From contig JAYOBT010000003.1 of assembly GCA_038105035.1 (NCBI GenBank), forward strand, positions 4,379 to 68,378: a DNA stretch of 64,000 nucleotides, written 5' to 3'. Both the position numbers and the translations under genes were made by a program. This DNA is from Candidatus Poseidoniales archaeon. GTDB taxonomy: Archaea; Thermoplasmatota; Poseidoniia; Poseidoniales; Poseidoniaceae. The notes under the pieces were generated by a model. The model saw only the letters and a program-made list of their open reading frames with translations. It was not told the DNA's origin and searched no databases. Positions 1 through 9,012 of the stretch are shown one piece after another; positions within the stretch are counted from its first letter, which is position 1, and every line of letters begins with the position of its first letter.

Positions 1-1731
1 TACTTCGTTAAATCCACCTGATGTCAGGGCTTCGAACGTAATCTCTCCTACCGTTATGTTGGCATCAATTGTCTCAGCCAAATCAGAGACGAGGTTGTGG
101 CGTACCTGAACTTCCAAGGCAAGAATCTCATTGACACCTACAGTGGAGCCAGCGCTCATAACATCGCTTTCTGAAAGAACGATGGTGTCAACAGGAAGTC
201 CAGGATCGACAACGATTGCAGGGCGCACCTCAATCTGACCCGAATCTGTAGCAGGTAGGCTACCAGCATCTGCCTGAGCGATTATGAAAACATTGAGACT
301 GTCACCTGCAGCGTTGTGTTCAGCATCGATTAAAGGAAGCTGAATCGGAGGGATTTCAATGTGAATGAATCCTGAAACCGATTCTCCAACCATGAGCGTA
401 CCTGTATTCTCAATGGAAAGATTGTAGTCCCAATTGAGCGCATTCAAGGAGAGGCCAGCGATGAGATTGAAGTTTCCATTTGCGTTTCCTGTGTTTGTGA
501 CATTGAAAGCAATGGTATCCGTCTTACCCGGAAGGACATATGTCGTATCGTTCGTGATATCGACTGTTGCCTCGAAATATTCTCCTGCCATGACACGCGA
601 TGTGTGTGTGAGGCTGTATCCGCTTCCAGCAGATGTGATTGAGAAAGTGATGATATCCACATCTGAATATCCTGCATTTTGTGGCACGTTGACTACAACC
701 GACAATGTCGTGGTTTGTCCAGCGGTCAGAGGATCTGTCGAGGTTGTATCCAACGTAGTGTCTGCCCACCCAAAGGGTCCGCTACTCACACTGATGTCAA
801 AAATATCGGTTGTCGATCCAACGTTCGTTATGATGTAATGGAGGGTCGTTGAGTCTCCTGGGGCAGTGGTGCGATCTGCAGGACCAATCATCTCTGAGAT
901 GTAATCGCTGAACACAGCATCGAATTGCTCATGCGTGTGCAAATGTTGACCGGCCGAACTGTTCACCCAATAAACTGCAGAGATGTTCCACAATCCCGTC
1001 AAAGAGGATGCTGAGAAACCAGCATTGAGCGAAACTTCTGAGGAAGGAAAAGCGATAGAACCCGGTTGGATTGTTTCAGTGTTCGATGCCTGCCAATACT
1101 CATTCGTCGCACCCGTCGATGCATTGAACAAAACGAGACCCATTTCTGACGAAAACGGCATAACACCGTCGTTCTTCATTGAGATGCTGAACGTGTGCGA
1201 GATCCGGTCAAGGAACACGTAGGTATTTCCTGGAGCAGGCGATGGTAAATCATCCGAGATGATATTCGCCGCACGGTAAGTATCAACATCGAAATCTTGG
1301 CGGTATTCGTTGTTGGCGGTGTTTCCATCGTTTGCGCCACTGACGCGAGCAAAGAGTGTCTGGGACGGACCGGTTGTTGCTGTCCAGCTGAGCAAATAGG
1401 TTGTTGTACCCGTGTTCGCAGTCATCGACCCAAGATCGACGGTATCAACGGTCTGTTCTGCTGCGGACGGTGACCCTTTGTGAACGAGCGAAAGGAACGC
1501 GTTGCCGGTAGATGTTCCAACATTTTCAACGGTGATGCGGACGGTGTGCGTGTCAGGTGCGAGGATAAGGGACGGCGAGTCGATGGACCCTGCACCGTCG
1601 AATGTCATTCCTGTCACTCGGAAGTCAGGCCCTGCACGCCCATTTGTTGACGAAGCATCTGCTAGAGGGAGAGCAAGGTGCCCAAGAAGCAAGACGACGA
1701 GAAGGAGCGGGAGTGTCTTCTGCCTATACAT
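1..1731 (-). CDS. Large secreted/surface protein with CARDB/NEW3-like Ig-fold repeats (3' end runs off window)
   Basis: Absent from the ORF track because there is no stop in the window. My translation from ATG 1731 gives MYRQKTLPLLLVVLLLGHLALPLADAS (signal peptide), then GPDFRVTGM..VRITVENVG..DGNTANNE, YIITNVGSTTDIF and FNVTNTGNANGNF (CARDB/NEW3-type motifs). Confidence 0.8.
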   Translation of the reverse strand, partial: MYRQKTLPLLLVVLLLGHLALPLADASSTNGRAGPDFRVTGMTFDGAGSIDSPSLILAPDTHTVRITVENVGTSTGNAFLSLVHKGSPSAAEQTVDTVDLGSMTANTGTTTYLLSWTATTGPSQTLFARVSGANDGNTANNEYRQDFDVDTYRAANIISDDLPSPAPGNTYVFLDRISHTFSISMKNDGVMPFSSEMGLVLFNASTGATNEYWQASNTETIQPGSIAFPSSEVSLNAGFSASSLTGLWNISAVYWVNSSAGQHLHTHEQFDAVFSDYISEMIGPADRTTAPGDSTTLHYIITNVGSTTDIFDISVSSGPFGWADTTLDTTSTDPLTAGQTTTLSVVVNVPQNAGYSDVDIITFSITSAGSGYSLTHTSRVMAGEYFEATVDITNDTTYVLPGKTDTIAFNVTNTGNANGNFNLIAGLSLNALNWDYNLSIENTGTLMVGESVSGFIHIEIPPIQLPLIDAEHNAAGDSLNVFIIAQADAGSLPATDSGQIEVRPAIVVDPGLPVDTIVLSESDVMSAGSTVGVNEILALEVQVRHNLVSDLAETIDANITVGEITFEALTSGGFNEV

Positions 1732-2155
1732 CAGCACTACCTCCTGCTTTTTCGAATCGTTGAATGGTTACAGATTTGCCTTGCGATTTCCAAATCTCGA
1801 GGAGTTGGTTGAGAAGGCGATCGTGTTCTTCGTCTGAAATGCCAAGTCGCCTTCGTTCTTCCCACAACAACAACTGTTCCGTGCGGGTCAGCAATGCGTC
1901 ACGAAGGTACAACTCGAGCGTTCGACGGTATGCATCCCTGTCGGACACGGCGTATACGATGGACGTGCCCGGGAGTTGATCAGCACGGTTTTGAATGAAA
2001 TTACCGAGGTTCAGTGCTTCGTCGTACGAGAGATTTCGCCGATCAAGATCGGTCTGAATGCTCGAAGCGATGCTTTGAAGTTCGTACCTCGTTTTAGCAC
2101 GCTGAATTTTCTTGAAGTACTTGCGGCTTCGTCGCGTCATGCTTGGAGCCGCCAT
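1724..2155 (-). CDS. Hypothetical helical protein (C-terminal ENT/TerB-like helical module)
   Basis: Clean ORF; ATG 2155 (MAAPSM) preferred. Overlaps the start of the downstream surface protein by 8 nt. Motif AYRRTLE..LLT..EQLLL..RRRLGISDEEH. Confidence 0.65.
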   Translation of the reverse strand: MAAPSMTRRSRKYFKKIQRAKTRYELQSIASSIQTDLDRRNLSYDEALNLGNFIQNRADQLPGTSIVYAVSDRDAYRRTLELYLRDALLTRTEQLLLWEERRRLGISDEEHDRLLNQLLEIWKSQGKSVTIQRFEKAGGSADV

Positions 2156-2218
2156 GATTGCTCTTCCCCACTGGCAGTTTATCAAACAATTGGCACAAAT
2201 TCACCAAATTATTTACTC

Positions 2219-2246
2219 TGCATTACATTTTATTCATAATGCATTA
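2219..2246. promoter_or_regulatory. AT-rich divergent intergenic region with an inverted repeat/palindrome (possible operator)
   Basis: TGCATTA (2219-2225), 11-nt spacer, TAATGCA (2237-2243); TAATGCATTA (2237-2246) is a perfect palindrome. Lies between the divergent hypothetical gene and bcp. Confidence 0.35.
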
Positions 2247-2312
2247 GGCTGGGCTGTTTGCTTCTTGCGGCCAAAACCAAGCATTCATGACGTGTATCGG
2301 CATCCAGCACCC

Positions 2313-2798
2313 ATGAGCAACCCTGTTACCCTTGAGATTGGGAACCAAGCACCAACGTTTACCTGCAAAGATTCAGTAGGTATGGACCATGATTTAGCAA
2401 CATATGGGGCTGAAGGTAAAACAGTGATTCTCTATTTTTATCCTCGCGATTCGACCCCAGGGTGCACGAACCAAGCCTGTGATTTCAGAGACAACATGGG
2501 GCGTCTGCACAGTGATGATTACATTGTCCTGGGTGTTTCCAAAGATTCCGAAACATCTCATGAAAAATTCATTGCCAAACAAGAACTGAATTTCCCCCTC
2601 TTGATGGATACAGAGGGGCACCTGCATGAACTGTTCGGGACATGGCGAATGAAGAAAAATTACGGCAAAGAGTATCTTGGTTGTGTTCGATCGACGTTCG
2701 TCATTAATCCGGATGGGACCATCAAGTGGTGCCGATACAACGTCCGAGCAAAAGGTCACGTTGACATGCTCATGCGTGAGCTTGGATTTGAAGAATGA
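2313..2798 (+). CDS. bcp: Peroxiredoxin, BCP/PrxQ family
   Basis: YFYPRDSTPGCTNQAC active site (PxxxTxxC with resolving Cys) and VRSTFVI. ATG 2313 preferred over the upstream extension. Confidence 0.93.
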   Translation: MSNPVTLEIGNQAPTFTCKDSVGMDHDLATYGAEGKTVILYFYPRDSTPGCTNQACDFRDNMGRLHSDDYIVLGVSKDSETSHEKFIAKQELNFPLLMDTEGHLHELFGTWRMKKNYGKEYLGCVRSTFVINPDGTIKWCRYNVRAKGHVDMLMRELGFEE

Positions 2799-2807
2799 GG
2801 GTCATCC

Positions 2808-3275
2808 ATGGACCAAGACATCGGTGGCGAACGCTTGCCCTTGTCGGGCACATCGTGTGCCTACAAACCATGTTACATTGGAAAACAGCTCGACGTCGGT
2901 GAGAATGTTTCAATCGGTTCGATGTGCCACATTGGCCGCAATGTCACCATCGGCAACAACAGCAACATACAGGGATCGAATTATATCGCAGACAAAACAA
3001 TCATCGGGAATTCTGTTTTCATCGGTCCGAATTCAACCATACTCAACGACAAGTATCCTCCTTCTGGTGGTGCAACCAAATGGGTTCCAGTTCAGATTCA
3101 CGACAACGCCGTCATAGGAGGAGGATGCACCATCCTCCCTGGCGCACACATTGGAGAAAGGGCAGTGCTTGGAGGGGGCTCCGTACTCACGAAACCCATT
3201 CCCGACGGCGAAGTATGGGCTGGAAATCCTGCACAATTTCTTATGACTAGGGAAGAATACGAAGACAAGAGGTGA
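2808..3275 (+). CDS. Hexapeptide-repeat (left-handed beta-helix) N-acyltransferase, WbpD-like
   Basis: IG-x hexad repeats, VFIGPNSTILNDKYP, IGGGCTILPG and WAGNPA. Confidence 0.85.
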   Translation: MDQDIGGERLPLSGTSCAYKPCYIGKQLDVGENVSIGSMCHIGRNVTIGNNSNIQGSNYIADKTIIGNSVFIGPNSTILNDKYPPSGGATKWVPVQIHDNAVIGGGCTILPGAHIGERAVLGGGSVLTKPIPDGEVWAGNPAQFLMTREEYEDKR

Positions 3276-4084
3276 CGAGGATGGAGGGTAAAGCACACAT
3301 CATTTCGTTCCTCAAGAAATGCATCGAGTATGCAAATGCCTCCATCGAACGAAAGCAGAAAAGAGGCGATGTTGAAGACATCGCAAAATGGGAAGCTTAT
3401 CGCGACTATACCGCACATGCAGTGATGGAGGTCGAAGCAGGTGAGCTCGACCGATGGTTTCCTTCCCAACAAAAGGCGCTTGGAGAATCTGATGTGAGCA
3501 ATCTCAGCCTTGATGCGCTCACTCACGAGGCTCGCTCCGCATGGCTGACCAACCTTGCAAGCCCACGACCGTTGGCGCTCATTGCTACATCATCAGACTC
3601 GGGGGTTCGCAACATTGCACCTTACACGTCGCTCTCGATTGTATCCAATTCGCCTCCGATGGCGATTGTTTCGCTCTCAGCAGACCGAAACGATCGTTGG
3701 AGAGATACCTTGTTGAACATGAGGCAGACAAAAAAGGCCGTACTCAACTTCCTGCCGATTTCATTGGATTCAGCAAGCGTGGTTGAACAAACTGCAAAGC
3801 CAATCGACCACGGTACCAGCGAATGGGATGCGTTTGGCTTGGAAAGTTTGGAAACAAACGAACTCGTCATGAACGATGCAGCCTTTGCCATCGTTGGAGA
3901 ATTGGTCGAAGAGGTCGATTTGCCTGATGCAAAAGCCAAATTAGCCATCCTTCGATTGTCAGACATTCTCATCCCAGGTAACCTCGATGCGTCTCAGCCT
4001 GCGCATATACTGTGCCAACACGGTTTGAATCGACTGATGGCAACGCCAACAGAATGGCATTACAACATCGACCGAAGCGTTTGA
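3272..4084 (+). CDS. Flavin reductase-like (FMN split-barrel) protein with an extra N-terminal helical segment
   Basis: PRPLALIAT..G.RNIAPYT..SNSPP..DTLLN and SEWDAFGL are typical of the DIM6/NTAB-like flavin reductase family. GTG start overlaps the upstream TGA. Confidence 0.75.
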   Translation: MTRMEGKAHIISFLKKCIEYANASIERKQKRGDVEDIAKWEAYRDYTAHAVMEVEAGELDRWFPSQQKALGESDVSNLSLDALTHEARSAWLTNLASPRPLALIATSSDSGVRNIAPYTSLSIVSNSPPMAIVSLSADRNDRWRDTLLNMRQTKKAVLNFLPISLDSASVVEQTAKPIDHGTSEWDAFGLESLETNELVMNDAAFAIVGELVEEVDLPDAKAKLAILRLSDILIPGNLDASQPAHILCQHGLNRLMATPTEWHYNIDRSV

Positions 4085-5013
4085 CCAAGGCCGTCCTCGA
4101 GTGTGGTTTGGGCTTGCCAATTCAGGTGCTTCTTGGTCTGTTCGAGATTGGGCAAACGGCGTTTTGAGTCACCCGGATGTCCTTGCTCGTTACGAATTCG
4201 GACCGCGTGACCTATTTCGTTTCCAACAAGTTCAGCGACTCTTTGAGCAAGGTCAAGCATGGAACATTCTTCCTCAGAACCGAGATTCAAACTCATTCCT
4301 CCGAGGCCCTCGGCCAGACCTGCGGCCTCAATACCACGAACGAGATCATCAATGTAGGTCAACGAACGAGTTTGTGAACCATCACCATGAACGATGATTT
4401 CTCCTTTCTGAACAGCACGTTGCAACATCATTGCGACAACTTGACCGTATTCGTTGCCGAGCAATCGAGGCCCGTAGCCATTGAATGGGCGCACGATACG
4501 GGCATCGAGACCTTGGCGAACAGCGTGTTGAACAGCCAATTCACCGAGATACTTGCTCGCTCCATAGGCATGTCGTTGGTGTTCATGGGCGACAGGAAAA
4601 ACCGACGCTTCATCGCCTCCGAGTGGCATGATTTCTGACTCTCCATATGCTTCTGGTGATGATGTGAAGACGTAGCGACAATTGTTTTCTTCTGCAAATT
4701 CGAGAGAACGCAATGTCGAATTGAGATTTACATCCATCACCATTCTAGGTTCTTCATGAAACCACTTGGTTCCATTGATGGCAGCGAGGTGATAGATGAT
4801 GTCAATGCCACTCGGGTTCGGAATCATCTCGTAGGTGCCAGAATCACAAGCATCACCTTCAATGAATGTGATTTGAGCCTCAACCGCTCGTAGATTCGCT
4901 TTCTTCCCCCGCCAGCAATTGTCGAGAACCACAACATTGTGACCTTGTTTTACCAGCGACTCAACCAGACTTGAACCAAGAAAACCTGCACCTCCCGTGA
5001 CGAGGATTCGCAT
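4060..5013 (-). CDS. NAD-dependent nucleotide-sugar epimerase/dehydratase (extended SDR)
   Basis: MRILVTGGAGFLGS, HLAA, YGASK (YxxxK), RPFNGYGP and GDGSQTRS. Confidence 0.92.
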   Translation of the reverse strand: MRILVTGGAGFLGSSLVESLVKQGHNVVVLDNCWRGKKANLRAVEAQITFIEGDACDSGTYEMIPNPSGIDIIYHLAAINGTKWFHEEPRMVMDVNLNSTLRSLEFAEENNCRYVFTSSPEAYGESEIMPLGGDEASVFPVAHEHQRHAYGASKYLGELAVQHAVRQGLDARIVRPFNGYGPRLLGNEYGQVVAMMLQRAVQKGEIIVHGDGSQTRSLTYIDDLVRGIEAAGLAEGLGGMSLNLGSEEECSMLDLAQRVAELVGNEIGHAVRIRNEQGHPGDSKRRLPNLEQTKKHLNWQAQTTLEDGLGQTLRSML

Positions 5014-5017
5014 CGTT

Positions 5018-6763
5018 TCACACTCGCTCAAGAATTTCAATCGAAACCTGATCTTGTACTCGCTTGAAGCGAACAAGGTCTCCATCGTTAACCATCATGC
5101 ATGGATCCTCCTCAAACCCATGCCCATATGGAACGTTCAACAACGAACATGCAGGAAGCGTCAACGGACATACGTCCCGGTTGACGATGGCAAGTGGGCC
5201 TTTGTTTTCGTACAACAGCCCCATCAAAACGTAGGGAGCAACGGTCGAACCTGAACCCTTGGGATAGATGAGAATACGATTCTCAATCGCACGTCCATCG
5301 AGGGGGTGTCCCGCTTCCTCAACAACGCCAGTATCACGGTTGACATAACCAAGATACGTAATTGGAACATCTGTCACCATCGCTCGACCCTCAACAGAAA
5401 AGTCGCCTTGTGAATTCAACCCAGAACCGTTGATGATGCGAAGGCCAGTTTGCAACGTCTTTGCACTGACGTGACCACCATGCGAAGATTGAGCAAGCGT
5501 CGGCGTCGGTCCTTTTGCTCTCTCTGGGTCGATAGCATGACGGACGCATTCCTCAATCGGGGCAACACTCGTCGGTATTCGATTGAGACCACTGGTCAGG
5601 TAATGTTCTGCCTTCATCGAATTTGTCAGCAGATGATTGTATCTTTCACGGTTGTACGGCGTGACTTCAGGACAAGTGTCAACGAGAACCAAGGCACCTG
5701 CTTCTTCCAACATCGAGACGGTTCCATCCGCCTCGGCTAAAGCGTAATTCTCTTGACTTGTGAACACCCACAGCCGTTGATTTGGTATGGATTCTCCAAA
5801 CTCCATGTGTGTGCGAAGCGCAGCTGCAGTCGTCCGCATTTCTTCCAAACTGGCTTGTGGACATCCAATAACGATGAGATCAACCTTTCCTTTCGGACTG
5901 AGTTCCTCATAACGTGCTTCAAGATCCGATTGTGTGAAGATGAGCGTTCCTTCCCAATCGATCGAATCAACGGGTTGCGTAGGTGGTTCAGTGTGCCCTT
6001 CAACCCACATCATCGGTGAGCCGTAATTTGCTGCTGCAGCAGTCAATGCCTTTTTTCGTGCAAAGGAAATGAAATCATCGAGTCCCTCGACATATGGCAT
6101 TGGTCCGAACGGCAAATCCCACTCAGGCTTTGCATTCTTACCAATCCAATCACCAAGGATGGAATAATCGGAAAGCGTTTCAAGTTCACATTCAACCACG
6201 ACCCTGATATTCGGTTGACGATTTGACTCGAGGTGCAGCCCCCATGCGGGAGCATATCCAGTAAGGGCTGTTGCAAGGGCGCTCAATCCCGACTCACGAT
6301 TGGTGATCAAGGACGTCCATGTGTTCGAATAACAAACAGCATTCGACTCGGCCCACGATGCGGTTTCACCCTCAATCTCAATGCCTCGATCGTAAGGTGT
6401 ACAGGACAGTGTTGCTTCGATGCCAAGTCGGTCATAGGCCTGGATAATCTCGAATTGTTGTTCAAGGAAATTCGGCCATGCAATCCCCATTTCTTCCATT
6501 TTTTCCCGATCGCATCCCGCTGAATTCAAGGTTGTTGGGATAACTACCGTCCCTTCATCATCTCCACTCAAATCCTTAAGGAAGGTACGCAACCCATGGC
6601 CTCCAGTAATGACTGAAACGCCAGAAACGTGTGCGTGATCAACCTCAACAAAGGATTCTGCCTTCGCAACTCTTGCGAGGTCAACCACGAGGCGAGCAGC
6701 CTTCTGTCGTGTTGGTCCTTCGTTGCCTTCCAACTGTTCCGACAAACGCTTTGGAAGTTGCAT
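5018..6763 (-). CDS. acnX: Aconitase X, fused large (DUF521) and small swivel (DUF126) domains; probable phosphomevalonate dehydratase
   Basis: HAHVSGVS, LSCTPY, WAESNAV, TNRES, IGCPQAS, DTCP and TNSMKAEHY in the large domain. The C-terminal YLGYVNRDTG..GHPLDG..PKGSGSTV marks the small subunit. Confidence 0.85.
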   Translation of the reverse strand: MQLPKRLSEQLEGNEGPTRQKAARLVVDLARVAKAESFVEVDHAHVSGVSVITGGHGLRTFLKDLSGDDEGTVVIPTTLNSAGCDREKMEEMGIAWPNFLEQQFEIIQAYDRLGIEATLSCTPYDRGIEIEGETASWAESNAVCYSNTWTSLITNRESGLSALATALTGYAPAWGLHLESNRQPNIRVVVECELETLSDYSILGDWIGKNAKPEWDLPFGPMPYVEGLDDFISFARKKALTAAAANYGSPMMWVEGHTEPPTQPVDSIDWEGTLIFTQSDLEARYEELSPKGKVDLIVIGCPQASLEEMRTTAAALRTHMEFGESIPNQRLWVFTSQENYALAEADGTVSMLEEAGALVLVDTCPEVTPYNRERYNHLLTNSMKAEHYLTSGLNRIPTSVAPIEECVRHAIDPERAKGPTPTLAQSSHGGHVSAKTLQTGLRIINGSGLNSQGDFSVEGRAMVTDVPITYLGYVNRDTGVVEEAGHPLDGRAIENRILIYPKGSGSTVAPYVLMGLLYENKGPLAIVNRDVCPLTLPACSLLNVPYGHGFEEDPCMMVNDGDLVRFKRVQDQVSIEILERV

Positions 6764-6846
6764 GAAGTAATGCAAACATCGGCGCTTCATCAAGACTCGT
6801 GTTCTCAACCGATGGTTTTGATACGGTTGACGTCGCTCCGCCGTTT

Positions 6847-9012
6847 ATGTCCTCAACTGAGAACAATACACTAGGAGCCCGCCGTGATGAACAACAACCA
6901 CGTTTTCTATCACGTGAAAACATCGTCAAGATGCTGAAGACAACCATCGTGCTTAGTGCACTATTCATGTCCATATGGGCAGTCGTGCTAAACCAATCGG
7001 TTGTATCGCTTGAACCAACTGCAGAGGATGAATCAGTCATTCTTGTTGAGACAGAAGGCCGTGAAGCCGACGTCTACTGTCCAGAGGGAGGAGCAGACAT
7101 CTTCCTCGGTACAGATTTCGATGGCGATGGGAAACTTTCAACCAGCGAGATCACCACCAGCACCAAGGTTTGTCATGGCCAGCAAGGGCTCTCTGGACCT
7201 CAGGGGCAATCTGGTCAAGATGGTGAAAACGGATTCAACGGAAATTCAAGTCTCGTCAATCTAACAGCTTTGTCACCTGGAATTCCTTGCCAGTTCGGTG
7301 GAATTCAAATTCAGTCTGGAATCGACATCGATCACAATCAATTCTTGGATGAGGTAGAAGTGCAAACAACGGCCCATATTTGCGATGGTCAGCTTGGAGA
7401 AGAAGGACCAGAGGGCCAGCAAGGAACCGATGGTGCACAAGGATACTCTGCCTTGATTGAACAACAGCAAGCTCCTACTTCGATCTGTCCGCAAGGCATC
7501 GTCATGCAATTCGGAGTTGACGATGGAACAGACATGGCAACAGCAAACGACGGAATTCTTCAGCAAGACGAAATTCGAGAGTCGTTGAAAATCTGTTCTG
7601 AACAATTGTATGAAGGATTAACAGGAGACATTTTCACCAACTCGGGAGATGCGATGTCTTCTGTTTGTGATCAATCACAGTGGGGCGATTTATCCTCGGC
7701 TTTCATATTCTCAGCAACCGATGGAATAAACGGATGTGAACTTTGGATTCTTGATCAGGACAACACGCCATCGATGCTCATGGACATTCATGCATCTGGT
7801 GATTCAATTCCAGGGCGAGAACTTGGTATTCACGTCGTTGAGACCGAGCGAGGCCAACGATTCTTCTTTGATGCTGATGATGGCGTTCATGGACGAGAAC
7901 TATGGGTCAGTGATGGAACCTCCATCGGAACAACAATGCTCGGAGACATGGAAACTGGTGATGCCATCGGTTGGAATTCGGAATTAACGACATGGATGAA
8001 CGGTGTTGTGTTCACAACAAACGGGCAACAAGGGAACAGAATGTGGTGGAGCAATGGAAGTGTAACAACATCAATTTGGCAAGCACCTTGGTTTTCATCT
8101 TCTGCTTCTTCGGACTTGATGAATCAATCCGCTGCATTGACCTCGATTGGACAAGGCTTGCTGCAAGGCGATATATCGGGTCTTTGGTTTGCAGCGAAAG
8201 AGACCCAAATTGGACTTGAAATGATGCATCTCGACAACAATGGTACGCTTCATATGTTCGACTTGCAACCATTCGGTGACTCTTCACCCTCACGTGGCCT
8301 TTCGATCGAGGATGGCTTTGTTGTTGTCGCCAGTGATGGGACTGGACGTCAGTTAGCAAAGTTGAATCACGATGGAGGCTATCAATGGCTCACATCGATG
8401 ACAAAGGAGGGGACAACAACACCAACATCCGTAGTTGCTCCTGCATTTGGAATCCATAAGCTAAGCGATACAATCGTGTTTGACGTCGTCTACCGTGGTG
8501 CTGATGCAACTTTGTTTAGTTACTCCTTAACCAGTGGGATGCTTCAAGAACTCAGTTCAAGCATTATTGCACCAGGCCACAGTGTTGATGTTGTCTCGAA
8601 TGGAAATACGATATGGTTTGATTGTGTTCAATCCAATACGGGTATGGAGATTTGCCAGACCGATGGAACGGTTATGGGCACGATGTTGACTGTGGACTTG
8701 ATGCCTGGTGTGACTGCTAGTCAGCCACGTGCGTTTGCCTATGTTGATTCAACGTTGTATGTTCTCGCTGAAGGATTGGATGGTTCAGGAACAAACAGTG
8801 GTCACGCTTTGTGGTCCATCGATGGACACTCGGCGACACTCGAACTCGATGTATGGACTGGCATTGGTAACGATTCCAATGCAGGAACGTATGGAGAACT
8901 TGTTGCAACATCGAACCATCTGTTGTTCATCGCTGATGATGGTCAACATGGTCATGAATTGCATCAATACCTTCGTTCATCCATCCGAGATCAGTGGATG
9001 GTTTGGGATTGA
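6847..9012 (+). CDS. Membrane-anchored/secreted protein with CPxGG repeats, collagen-like Gly-X-Y stretches and ELWxxDGT propeller repeats
   Basis: N-terminal hydrophobic segment; three repeats (CPEGG..DFDGDGKL, CQFGG..DIDHNQFLD, CPQG..DG); GQQGLSGPQGQSGQDGENG; GRELWVSDGT, GCELW, GMEICQTDGT and GHELHQY. Start uncertain. Confidence 0.8.
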   Translation: MSSTENNTLGARRDEQQPRFLSRENIVKMLKTTIVLSALFMSIWAVVLNQSVVSLEPTAEDESVILVETEGREADVYCPEGGADIFLGTDFDGDGKLSTSEITTSTKVCHGQQGLSGPQGQSGQDGENGFNGNSSLVNLTALSPGIPCQFGGIQIQSGIDIDHNQFLDEVEVQTTAHICDGQLGEEGPEGQQGTDGAQGYSALIEQQQAPTSICPQGIVMQFGVDDGTDMATANDGILQQDEIRESLKICSEQLYEGLTGDIFTNSGDAMSSVCDQSQWGDLSSAFIFSATDGINGCELWILDQDNTPSMLMDIHASGDSIPGRELGIHVVETERGQRFFFDADDGVHGRELWVSDGTSIGTTMLGDMETGDAIGWNSELTTWMNGVVFTTNGQQGNRMWWSNGSVTTSIWQAPWFSSSASSDLMNQSAALTSIGQGLLQGDISGLWFAAKETQIGLEMMHLDNNGTLHMFDLQPFGDSSPSRGLSIEDGFVVVASDGTGRQLAKLNHDGGYQWLTSMTKEGTTTPTSVVAPAFGIHKLSDTIVFDVVYRGADATLFSYSLTSGMLQELSSSIIAPGHSVDVVSNGNTIWFDCVQSNTGMEICQTDGTVMGTMLTVDLMPGVTASQPRAFAYVDSTLYVLAEGLDGSGTNSGHALWSIDGHSATLELDVWTGIGNDSNAGTYGELVATSNHLLFIADDGQHGHELHQYLRSSIRDQWMVWD

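Noticed and set aside
2112..2312. N-terminal extension of Bcp in the ORF track
   Set aside because: It spans the divergent promoter region and overlaps the opposite-strand gene; the family sequence begins at ATG 2313.
7177..7450. Gly-X-Y region as a DNA tandem repeat or VNTR
   Set aside because: The periodicity is only at the protein level and the codons are diverse.
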